A stretch of 63,805 nt of DNA, filler included, from Sluysia triapertura (taxonomy: Eukaryota): NCBI GenBank assembly GCA_046118255.1. It is 5 parts of 5 records of this genome, joined end to end, with 100 filler letters (N's around TTAATTAATTAA, not from the genome) between each part and the next. Parts side by side here need not be neighbours in the genome. Positions count along the whole stretch, not along the records: positions 11,852 to 24,741 come from JBJNIA010074275.1; positions 24,842 to 39,583 come from JBJNIA010249867.1; 3 more parts are not named here. One strand, 5' to 3'. A program made the translations under genes and the position numbers. The notes below the pieces were generated by a model. That model saw only the letters and a program-made list of their open reading frames with translations, had not been told where the DNA came from and made no database searches. Positions 13,145 to 24,901 of the stretch are shown here, in pieces. Position 1 is the stretch's first letter. The number at the start of each line of letters is the position of its first letter.

Positions 13145-14697
13145 TTACGTATATCTAAGATCTTCGTGTACCCTTATTGTGGACGACTTGATATTATTAT
13201 TAATTTTATTTCTGATATCGTCATCCATGTATAAGTAATCGTAACATTGGTGCTTATGGCACAAAATTTTTATCATTTTGAAAGTTTTTACATAAAAATA
13301 AGACGAAAACTTTTTATTAATTTTATACACATAAAAAGAAGGCGTTTTATACATTTGTGCAAAAGCCGCTTTTACATATACGTAAAAAACACATGAATCG
13401 AAACATTAATTAGACTAACGAACATGACGCGCTACGTGGCTCTAGCTGGGACTGACTCAATAACCAGTTTCCTCAAGATTCATCTCAACACGTCCGACTC
13501 AACCGTTTTACCATTACATACTCTAGGAATTTTATCCCACTTTAAAAAACGACATCTACGCTGAAATGTATTAGCACAAAAACTATAAAAACTAAAGAGG
13601 TACACTACATAGTCTTAGCTAAATCTTATTTTTATAAGGTCGGTGATTGGAACACAACTTATTAAAATACTCGTTGCATACGGCTTTAAAACTTGCAAGC
13701 CTGCGTCGTTGGTAGAGACCGTACGCATACTCGACAGTTCATTATGTATGACTGGTAGAATAAGTGTAGTCACGGCTACTTAATTCGTCCTGATTGATAC
13801 GGTTGCGAAGTTTAACTTCAGGTAGGCTACAGCATTCACCGAGAGGTATATTATCTAGCACGTACAGCAATACGTACTCTCAAGACTTCTGCCAAATCTT
13901 TGGTTTGAAGACTAACAAGTGAAACTAAACTTGTTAAATATAATAGCTTTTGGACAACTTTATTAAACTCTTTAAACCGCAAAATATATCTATCGGCTTT
14001 CCGATATTTTTCAAGATAAACTGCACATGGGTTTGAATTTATTGATACACCCAATGATGCAGAAACAACAGCATCTCTAGCATGAATAGACAGAAAATTC
14101 TTTTACGTTTTGTAAATATGTATGATCATGTTTAATAGGTATAAAAGGTATAATAAGCATAGTAAAACAATCAACGATCGTAATAAAAAAATCCTTCAAG
14201 TTTTGTGAAACGGCATAATCATTAAGTTCAGAAACTCCAAACGACAGACTGGTCGGGTTCTCCATCATCTCGACACATCCACCGATAGCCGTAACAGCCT
14301 TTTTCACTAGTTTTAAATTAAACTTGTTATATTTCAAAAAAGAAAGTTCGCATTTTGATCCGTACATCTACAATTTGAAAAGTATGTCTACAACATCAAT
14401 AATATTCAAAACTTGGTGAAATAATGCATCCACAGCATAATTCGGACAATTCGAGTTAACTTCAGTCACCCATTTGTTAATTTCAAATTTATGTGGGTCT
14501 TTATTAAATATATCATTACAAACTTTGCAATTAATTATATCTTTATCAACGGGAAGCCAGTGAAATTCTTTCATTTCACGTAAATCTTCCAATAATGAAA
14601 ATTTTGAATTTCTTGTAAATGGGCATTGCTGAGTGAACAATCTAAGCTTGTAAGACAATGATTCATATTGGCTTTCAAAATCACTTGATTCATTCAC
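13145..14697 (-). pseudogene. Fragmented ~500-codon intronless ORF of unknown function (probable mobile-element cargo)
   Basis: Track ORFs 14368..14697 and 14077..14367 are in frame across a single TAG. Coding-like sequence continues through 13851..14054 and 13145..13354 with frameshifts, and GC is higher than in the flanks. Confidence 0.55.
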
Positions 14698-14817
14698 AAC
14701 TCATTAGAAACAAAATTTCAAAAAAAGCATATGAAAATTATTTTTTAGTTTATTCAAAATAGTGCTTAATCTGGAATTTTTTTAAACAAAAGTAGGGACG
14801 AGAATTATAATTTCTTT

Positions 14818-15760
14818 CTAATTATAATTTTCTTTTTTTATGTGGACCGCACAATAAAATGCATCTTTATGTTCAACATATTGAGCATCTTTTAATAAAT
14901 ATGAATAACATATACATTCATTAATATGCTTAATCATGAACTGAGAATCAACCGAAGGTGTAAAACTAAAATAATAAGGTAAAAATAAACCGCAATCAAT
15001 ATCAAAATATACTTCTCTTAACTGCATTTTTCCACAACTTGGAGATATTTGGTGATATTACCATGTATTTACATTTCCCTTCATTTACAAACCATAAATT
15101 ATCTATAATTTCTCAATATTAAAATGACATGTAGAGCGAGCTATTAATAAAATAGGACTATTATAGAACATAAAAAGATTAAGATTATAAAATTACAAAA
15201 TTACGGAGTTGTAAAAATGCAAAGTGTTAGAGTTATACACTTGTAACATTAAACAAAAGCATAAAAATGGAAGATTGAGAGGCAGAAGAAAAGGCATTTA
15301 GTCATAATGATGAGATGACAGGTGTATTGTATTTGATGTTATAATATTTGTGGTTTTATAATATTGAGAATAATATAATGTTGTGAATGATGTAGACAAA
15401 ACATGTTATAATGTATTTTTGTGATGAGGTTCGTGTGTTGTTGGTTATATGATTTATGTGATGTGAACGTAGTCGTCCGCTGAACCACCACAACCGTATT
15501 TTCCGGATTATAGGCGCACCTTTAAAAAGATTTTTAGTTAAATTCTGGTTCATTTCGTAGGATGCACTTTCTAATTGGTAACATTGCCTTGTTAATTGAT
15601 ATAGTTTACTAATTTTACCACCATTGGAAATAATGATAATCTGGCACAATCGGTCTTGTATTTCTTTACTAATTTCTATTTCGGTGTTTTGACACAGTTC
15701 GTAAACCTTAAGGTCATTTACATTTACTTGACGTAGTCCGTTGACACGGTTCGTTTACTA
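14818..15760 (-). pseudogene. Two further degenerate small ORFs of unknown function
   Basis: Track ORFs 14818..15027 and 15356..15649 both extend upstream as coding-like sequence and lie on the same strand as their neighbours. Confidence 0.35.
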
Positions 15761-16653
15761 TATTCATATTTACTTGATATTCATATTTAACGTTATTCAT
15801 GATTTAATTCATTGTTTTCTTTTACATCATTGTTCTTACACGTAATATAGCCCTTTTGAAGTTTTAAATAATTATTACACTCAAACCTGTTTTTGTGCAG
15901 TGGATAGGGACCGCACAAAAAAATCACATAAAACTTCACAAGTATCTATAAAAATAGTTTTCGAAATCTTTATTAAAAAAATCTCACAAATAAAAAATCA
16001 AATTAAATTAAAATTAATTTTTTCACTCAATTAATTTTTTATACTAATTTTTATTAATTTATTAAATTTTTGTCACATAATCTTTATAAATTTTTTTTCT
16101 TTCTATTTTTTATTTTAATTTTTCAGTTGGTACTAATCTTTTTAATTGACAATACATGCATGCAATTTACCATTACTTGTCTATTCTACATAAACATCCA
16201 ATGAATTGTGAATTGACGTAGAGGTAGCCAATTGAAATTTGATTGGAATTGAATGTACAACATCAATTATATTTAAAACAGTTTTTGGCAACCATTTGGC
16301 ACTTTATTTAGACAATTAATTTTATTATTATTATCATTATAATAATTAAATTCCTGAGAAAAATAAATATTTTATTCATTACTGAAAATACTGAATCCAT
16401 ATTTCAAATTAATATATTGAAGAAAATTTGTATTTATGAACAATTGTCGACTAATTAACATTAAGCAATTAAACTTTTGAAAGAAAAGATAACAGTATAT
16501 AATTAAGTACTATGTAACAATATATAATTAGTAAGTTATTTATAAGTAATAGATTTTGTTTTACAAGAGCATAAAATTTAAAAATACATGTGATGTATTA
16601 TTGATTAAATTCATTATTAGCATTGACTCTATCAATACTGGAAGCAGTTGTAC

Positions 16654-17795
16654 TTATACTTTTGGTTGGTAAACATATTTGTTAATTATAGAATAAACAT
16701 TACGGTGGTTATTACGAGCTTTATAATATCTGTATTTGATTAGAAATATATTAACAACATTAATTCTGACGTTATTGCTTCGTCTTAGTACAATATTATG
16801 ATAAACAAAAGCAAAGAATTTAAAAAATGTAAATTTATTAATTATTATTACACATAAAATTTTGATTTCTTTTATTGTATCACTATAAACCTTACTGACC
16901 AGAGTCTTTAATTGAATCTCTAAAATAAAAACAATACTTAAAAAATTGTAAAGATAAACTAATAAAATGATTACATTAATATGCTTCGTCAAGAAATGGA
17001 TCGTTGTTAAACTGGCAGACTTATCATTTTCTTGTTTTCCGCAATGATACATGATTGTGATGTTTGCTGTCTCTTGTAGTTTATAATATTTTAGTGGGAA
17101 TATTAATTCATCAAGTCGATGATAATTTACACTTCTTTCAGTAGCCGAAGTATACGTATGACTAGAATGATTCCAAAACCACATTTTTACTTTAAAAGAT
17201 CCATCTTTGGTGCAAACTACTCCATGTTGTAGAATTTTAAAATACATTCTGTATTTGTGTAAATTAGACTTTATTAATGATGACGTTACAACTTGTTCAA
17301 GAATCAAACAGTGTTTCATAAATTGGCATTTCAGGTTTCTTAAAATTTGTCTGCAAACTGTTTGTTGAGGTACTCTGATGAGACCTAAGTCGTAGTGCTG
17401 ATAATCACTTAGTTTTGGATAGACATCTGCTAATTTCCAACAGTTTCGTACAATCATTGCATTATAAATATGATTACTAAGGCATAGTAGCATTCAAAGT
17501 CTTTTAATTGAAAAAGGCCATCTTTAAACATAACTGGTTTCAGTGGATCAAATAACAGTGTTTTCATGTTACATGCTGTTATCCATAGGAATATTACTCT
17601 AGCTTTTTCAATTTCCTGTAGGTGATATGGATGTATATCATCACAGATTAAATCATAAAATGATAGATATTCCTCTTGACTTATTCGAATAACATGAGAT
17701 TTGACTGTTACTAATACGGATGTATGGTCATAGATTTGAAATGACTTGATGGTTTCGACAGTGAAGCTTTAGAACTATCTGCTGGTTTCAGACAT
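16654..17795 (-). pseudogene. Intronless Hillarin/kyphoscoliosis-peptidase (KY)-like transglutaminase-superfamily pseudogene
   Basis: An upstream frame gives SQEEYLSFYDLI..EIEKARVIFLWITACNMKTLLFD (17577-17609), compared with Hillarin/KY/CYK3 EKARAIFxWIT. The track ORF gives HIYNAMIVRNCWKLADV (17472-17424), compared with the TGase motif HAWNAVxxxGxWxLxDV. ATG at 17795, two early stops and one frameshift. Confidence 0.7.
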
Positions 17796-17904
17796 TTTTT
17801 AATTATAAATCTTTTATTGAAATTATTATATCACTTTTCTCGTCTTCCTTAATTTTTTGGTACTATATTTAAGAAAGTATTAAATTGTGATAATTGAATT
17901 ACCT

Positions 17905-17938
17905 ATTTTATATGGCCGTTGATTGGCGGACCAATCAA
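17905..17938 (-). promoter_or_regulatory. Pol II promoter: inverted CCAAT pair plus TATAAAA
   Basis: Minus strand TTGATTGG-tccg-CCAATCAA-cggcca-TATAAAA, about 110 bp upstream of AAAAAATG at 17795. Confidence 0.55.
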
Positions 17939-18949
17939 AATTTAGTGTAAGAAAATTTTAATATAGAACAAAAACATAAATGAATGAGTAAGAACCATCA
18001 TCAGTATTGACAAATGAATTTACGATGATGAGTATTGTCAATAACGTCATTATTATAAACTTTGTAAATTTTAATAATTATGAAGAGAGACATTTTTATA
18101 ATTAAATAAAATTATAATATTTAATGTTAATAATAACAATAATGTTGCTGCTATTATTAACACTAATTAAATACAATAAGTTTAAAGTACATAAACTCTT
18201 TCCGACTTTTACATGGGCTTTCTTTATTTTTCCTTATGTTTCTTAACATATTTTAGATCTAATTAAAGTGAAAATTGATAAATTTGAATGCAGTAGCAAC
18301 AATAATAAGATGGACAATTTTATAGTTATTGTTATTGCATTACTTAAACTTGAATTGTACCCTATCTTCCTTTGATTCTTCGAGATTTCTTGACATATTG
18401 TAATAATTTTAAAATATGTTTAGAACTAAAGTTTCTGAGTAGAAATTGCTTTGAATGAATTGGTAAGTGTAGTTAGCGTTTCAAGATATGATAGTTGATT
18501 TATGTCGTGAAATGAAATAGAGAATGTTGGAATGAGTTTTTAGATGGTGATTAACGTTCATGGTTGAAAACGACATTTGAGTATTGGAAGATCGTAGATA
18601 AAAGACCTAATGAGAAGATTGTAATTTGGAAAACGTAAAAAGGCAACTACAATACAACTCTTGGTATATTTAAATTATTATTGTGCAGTATTTTATGTGA
18701 TTTGTTTATTTGTTGTTTTTAAAAGGTATTGCATTGTGTTGTTGGTGATTATGCAGATACAAATGGTGAATGTAAGGTGTTGTAACTGATTATTATGAAT
18801 GTCGAATAACATGTTTTTGGTGGATTAGTTGGTGTAAGTTGGCAATGTTGGGTGAAATTGTGATTTGTGTAATTGTGGGTATGAATTTATTTTAGCAGGT
18901 AAATTGTTTTGTGAGTATAAAGGAAATAGATGTGTGGATGTTAAAGTGT

Positions 18950-19560
18950 TAAAAAAATATTAATTTCTAATAAAACTTTAATGGTTATGAAGGTTGACGA
19001 CCACAATATTCATAGTATTAGAGAGCATACGTATTTATTTGGAATTATTTGACGTATTATTTGTACAATTGGCTGAACTCCTTTATGTTGACAATTTGTG
19101 TATTATACACATCCCATTCCAATTACTTCTGTGACCAAAAGTAGAACATTTAAATGGTCGATAATTCTTCAGATTCAAAAAAATTATATCATCTTGATTG
19201 TTTGCGGTTGTCGAATTTAAATGCGCCTGGAGTGTTGCTTTAGTTCCTTCGAGAGTTAATTGCTACTTTTCAGATTCTGTATCTCTTTGAACTCTTCTAA
19301 TTCATTTTTTTCATTATTAGCATTAATTGCATTTTTATTTAAACCTTAAATTTGTTCTTATAAATGTTCAATTTAGGAATTAGAAAGGATATCACTACAG
19401 TCTAGTTCTCTGTGTTTCTTTTCAATTTCTTGGTTGTTTTGCTGTAACCTTTCGATTTCTTCATGTTTTTGTAACTGTTTTTCAGTTCTAGCGAAATTGT
19501 ACTTCAAAACTGACAAATCATCTTTGCCGAATCTAATTTTCGAAAATCAAGACGCAAATA
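18950..19560 (-). mobile_element. Degenerate coiled-coil ORF with zinc-knuckle-like remnants (gag-like)
   Basis: Reads EKQLQKHEEIERLQQNNQEIEKKHRELD..EKNELEEFKEIQNLK, then FKCSTFGHR and NCQHKG, with many stops. Confidence 0.4.
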
Positions 19561-20404
19561 TGTGTCGTTCCGATTCTGCTTAATCTCTGGCCTTGCTTAA
19601 TGTTGACAAACTGTGTTTCAAACCTTGACGTTCTGTTGTGAGTCTTGGTTTTAAAAGTATTGCTAAGGGGAAAATATATTTGTAAGAGAATGAATACAGA
19701 AACTACAAAAGAAAAACAATTCAATTTTTATAGAAATTTCATTATCATGATATTTTGTTATTTATAGTTAATTTAAGATTTAAAGATTTTGCGTGTTGAA
19801 GCTTTTAAATGTTTGTGTACATGATTTAGGGTTAAAGTTTAAGTTGTTGTATGAGTGAATTTTGCTAGAATTTTTATAAGTTGAACTCTACGTAAAATTA
19901 TTTAATCGGGTTCGCCTATAGTATATGGTTTATCTTTTATACAAAAGGACTTTCCTATAGGTATTGAAATGTTGACTTTTGTATTTCTTATATTAGCGAG
20001 TCTGTTAACTTCTCATATAAACAAAATTGACTAGGACAAGTCAATAAATAAATGATATTATAAAAACTAAAAAAATAATGTACAATGTGTAGTAATAAGA
20101 AAATATTATATTACTAGAACTTTACTTCTAATGAAAAGATAAATGAATTTTAAAATGATAAGCTTAAGCCAGCCTAAATCAAAGATATTTTACATGGAAA
20201 ATTGTACAGTTAATGGATACAATAGACGAGAAAATCCATAGCGATTGATAATAATTTTTCTGTCCTTGAATAAGCGTTCAAAATTAAAATCCGTCAACGA
20301 CTAAGCTTTTTAAATCTTCTTACTCGAATTCTGTTCGACATTATAAAATTATTGGTTTAAAATAGAAAAATTGTTTCTTTTATACTAGAAGATTAATTAC
20401 TTGA

Positions 20405-20600
20405 TGGAGACAAAATCCATTAATATTCAATTAAAAATTCATTAATTTTATGAGAAAAATCATTAATCAATTATTTAAAAATTTAATTATTGAAATTCTA
20501 GTCAAAATCCATTACGACAAATTATCAAAATTCCATTAATTTCAGAAATGATCTTTTAAAAAATCCTTTAATTTGAAATATTACATCCATTAACCTATAA
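20405..20600. repeat. Degenerate minisatellite
   Basis: Recurrent AAAATCCATTAAT-like units every ~20-35 bp. Confidence 0.55.
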
Positions 20601-20686
20601 AAATTTCAATTGGTTTACAAATATGCATTAGTTAAATGGATTTATTTTATCAAGTATTGTCTCAATTATTATTATTATTATTATTA

Positions 20687-20737
<51 letters not shown>

Positions 20738-21899
20738 GTACACATATGTACAAAACTACACAACCTAACAATTTTGATGTTTATTCTGAGCTTTGTGAAT
20801 ACAATGTTAAGTGGAAAGGTTGAACCACTATAGCAAATACATTTTGTTTTATCGAATATTTTAGTTATATTGTTTTTGATATTTTAATTTTATTTTATTA
20901 ATAACATTTTTTTGATAACTACACTTACTTTTTAGTTTAAGATGCATGTGTAGTATACAGTTAAAAAGTTTTCAGATTTATATAAAAGAAAATTTTGTTA
21001 GACTGTATAAAAATTTAGCCCTTTAAAAAGGTTATCAAGGGCTATTATGATAATGCGGACAATGAGAACAATAATTTATGGTTGTTTCGTGTTTACGTCT
21101 TATAAATGAAGATATTTTTAAACTAGATTACAGTCACACTATTCATTATAAGTGTGTGAATGTAGAGAATGAACCTGCTCTTCTGATAAAACCTTGATTA
21201 TTTATGGGTGGTTAATATCATCTTTATTAATTTAGATAGTAGTTATATACATTTTCAATTAGTCTTGCCAAGTTAATTTTGGTCTTAAAAAATCTTAATC
21301 TCGAAAACTATATCCACTCTATTATGTCTTTAATTTATCTTAGTAGATATTAATTAATTCAAGGAGTGATTCTATACTCGTCCCATTATTCGAGATAGAA
21401 GTGCTTAGTTAAAAAAGGTTATAATTCTTATAATTTTCAAACTTTATTCCTCAATCCTTTCTCCTATTCGCTTTAGTACAAATTAAGCAGACAAACTAAA
21501 TATATTTATTTATAAAATGATTAATGTTATTAACTAATTTTGTTTGTTGTATTTATATTCAATTTTAGCCATTATATTTAGTTTTAATATGTATTATAAA
21601 ATATAAAATTCAATTTTGGCCAATACTGTACAGAATAATAATATTTAATAATATTTAGCCTACATTTTTACTGCAGATTAAATTTCATTTATTAATCATA
21701 TAGACGATATTTAATGTAAAATTTTATTCATATTTTCAGTTATTGTGGTGGTTCAATTGTTTGCTTAAAATTTTATCTCACTTTATTACAACATAAACAT
21801 CAAATCAAAAACATAATATTTAAACAACTCAATATATAAAATTTATAAACTCTAAAATAACATGATGAAATTTCTCTAAATGTAAATAGATTTTTTTCC

Positions 21900-23510
21900 G
21901 AGGTATCTACTTTTCTCTTAATCGTTCTCCTTAAATTTTTAAGCCTTAAAAATTTAATTGAAGAAAAAGAGATGAAATTAGAGATTTGCGAAAATTAGAA
22001 CAAAATCTTCATTTTGAATACATTGAAAATGTTCCAGTTCTTATTTCAGAATTGGATAATGTTTTGGGTGTAAATGTAAAATCGTTGATTTTATTTTGTT
22101 TTGCCTCTTATCGGAATTATGTAAATTAAATTAAAAATGTTCTTAAAATTATTTATTGATTTAATTGCATTTAAATTTAATAATTTGTAATTTTCTTTTT
22201 TGAACAATTTTACAAAATAAGGATACATATCATTATTATTAAATGATCTACACATAAAGTCTAAGGAAATATTAAAAATTGTTAATTTTATCATCATATT
22301 GGTTAGGCCATTAACACTTAGACATATCATGAGTCTTCTCGATTGGGAATTCCTTAAATAAAAAAATCAAAATCACGTGTTTGTTTATAATAAAAATTAA
22401 AAGTTACTTTCAATCCTGAATTATCAGCATCATGGTAGACATCAACATGATATTTGAACTTGATCTTTGTTGGTTGAAGAATGTGATTACAACCATTAAA
22501 TTGCAAGGATATTAGCAAATTGTTTAAACGTTCCAAATGTTCATTTAGAATTTCGTTTTTGTGCCATTGTAGTATACTTCAGCAACATTGTGATAATAGT
22601 GACAAGATAATAGTACAAGATAATAGTGACAAGTGCCAAACTTGATACATTCCGAATTCGTCTACTTGGGATGGACATTGCGCCGAACATTTGTGCATAC
22701 GAGAAGTTAGAATTGAATTAATAGTAACAGGTTTAACGTGATAGTTTTCGCAGTTTATCAACTCGACATTTATGTTTTCTTTGTATCTGGCTTCATTATC
22801 TCTAATCATATACTTTTGTGATCGCATCTATTGTGCAAATAAATTTTCTTTAAGAGTAACGAAAACTAAAACGAATTTCCTTACGAATATATCTAACAAT
22901 GAATTCAATTGTTAAGATCTTGATACGAATGATACACTGCATTGTGATCGCTGAATTCCAAATTTGACATGATTTGATTATACTTTTAATCATTAAAATT
23001 TAGTTCGAAATTCATATCTTCACAATTTTGGTAATTTATTAATATCATGATAACAAAAATTTTGCATAAACTTGCATTCTGAATAGACTTGGCTTAGAAC
23101 AAATTTGCTTTCGATATAGTAAAATATCTTCAGAACCAGCATAATTTAAACAATAGACTTATTTTCAAATGCTACATAATTATAATTTAAGGTAATATTG
23201 AAATTATTTAAATCATAAAACTTTATTTCACCAATTCTTTTCTTTTTTTCATTAACTCTTAATTCTTTTATTTCGCGGTTTTTCAAATGTTGTTTTTAAA
23301 CATCTTTGGCTTGATCTGTTGAGATTATAATATCTTCATGATTATTTTTCTTTTCAATTTCATTAAAAGGCTTAATGCAAAGAGCGACTTTCATATTACT
23401 TTTAACCTGATCAATCATTTTATTTTTTAGAAACATTGTGCTAAAAAGTATACTTTTTAGAAAATTTTTATATTGCTTATCTTCAATGCTAGTTTCGTTT
23501 CCAATCAATT
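21900..23510 (-). pseudogene. Fragmented intronless ORF with a MYND-type zinc-finger remnant
   Basis: Chain of track ORFs 23296, 22579, 22354 and 22091. The segment KCSAQCP..ECIKFGTCHYY..SQCC*SILQWHKNE lies at 22550-22690. Confidence 0.5.
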
Positions 23511-24741
23511 ATTATAAATATTCTGTATCCTTGTCTTTTTTTGTGAGTACTTTATTATTGTACACTAATTTTAAAACACAAATTTTTCTTAAAAATGATT
23601 GGTAGGTGAATCAGAATCAGAACTGATTCAACTAATTTTACTTCAATTTAAAATAATGTTTGAAATGCATGCTTATCACCTTGTAGTTTTTAAAACTAAT
23701 GAATCAGTGATTGAGAAATGGTGACAGGTAATTCAATTTTTTGTTATAATAATCTGTCGCAACTGACAGATTAAATTAAAAGTTTTTAATAATGATTAAT
23801 GTTAATGATATTAATAATAATAAAATAAAATTAACAATAATAGAGTAAAAATAAAAATAATGATAATAAAAATGTTGATAATAGTAATGATTTGAATAAT
23901 AATAAATAATATCAATAACAATAAAATAGAAATAATAATATGCAAAAAAACTAAAAATAAAGTATTAAAGTTTTAAAATAAATAAAATACTAAAAATTCA
24001 TTAAATTACAATTTATTATTTTTATCTCAAAACTGTTATACCTTGTGTGATTCGAATTGCAAATAAAACGAATAATTCTTATTTTTTTTTGTTTTTCCTA
24101 TTAATTATATAATTGACTTTAATTATAGTTTTTCAATTATACTATTTGTTAATTGTAAGGACCTTGAGTCCATTTTGAACTTAAATAATGAAAATTTATA
24201 TTTTAAATCCATTACGGATTCAATTATAGCCCTGCCATCACATGAAGTAACAGAAGGTGTAACCAAATTTCGATTTGAAAAATTAAGAATCTTTGTTGTG
24301 GTGGAATTGGCAAGTCAAATATTTGTGTTTTTAAGTCAAATTACGCATTCTATTTATATTAAATTTTATGAAGGTCATTACTATATTAGGTAATTTAAAC
24401 AAAAATTATTATATCACAATTTTAAAATATTAAATTATAAAATTATGAAATTATACTCAATATAAAATACTAACATTATTCAAAAATTATAAAATTACAT
24501 TAAAAATACTAAAAAATATAAACATAGAAATATACAAAATTATTGATTAGTTTAATTAATGTGGATTGATAGTAAATTATGTGATATAAATTATATGAAT
24601 TGTTAATGATATAAATTGAAACAGACATGACATCATTAAACTACTATCATTTATTAACATACAACCATACCAGTTGTACAATAATCGACATTGATCCATT
24701 TTCATTCATTATATTTTAATAATACAATTAGTTGCATATCT

Positions 24742-24841
24742 NNNNNNNNNNNNNNNNNNNNNNNNNNNNNNNNNNNNNNNNNNNNTTAATTAATTAANNN
24801 NNNNNNNNNNNNNNNNNNNNNNNNNNNNNNNNNNNNNNNNN
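24742..24841. other. Artificial assembly spacer
   Basis: N44-TTAATTAATTAA-N44; the next block starts in an (AAT)n run at 24842-24900. Confidence 0.98.

Positions 24842-24901
<60 letters not shown>

Noticed and set aside
17375-17396. CTGATGAG-stem resembling a hammerhead ribozyme core
   Set aside because: The required GAAA after stem II is absent (GTAG), and the site lies antisense within the KY-like ORF.
20636-20833. Poly-Leu/Ile ORF, and similar short ORFs such as 40970..41188, 406..591 and 61946..62149
   Set aside because: These are products of (ATT)n microsatellites or AT-rich noise with non-ATG starts.
24160-24389. Open frame bounded by AAG/GT (possible exon or MULE transposase fragment)
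   Set aside because: Weak acceptor, no partner exon and no convincing motif.
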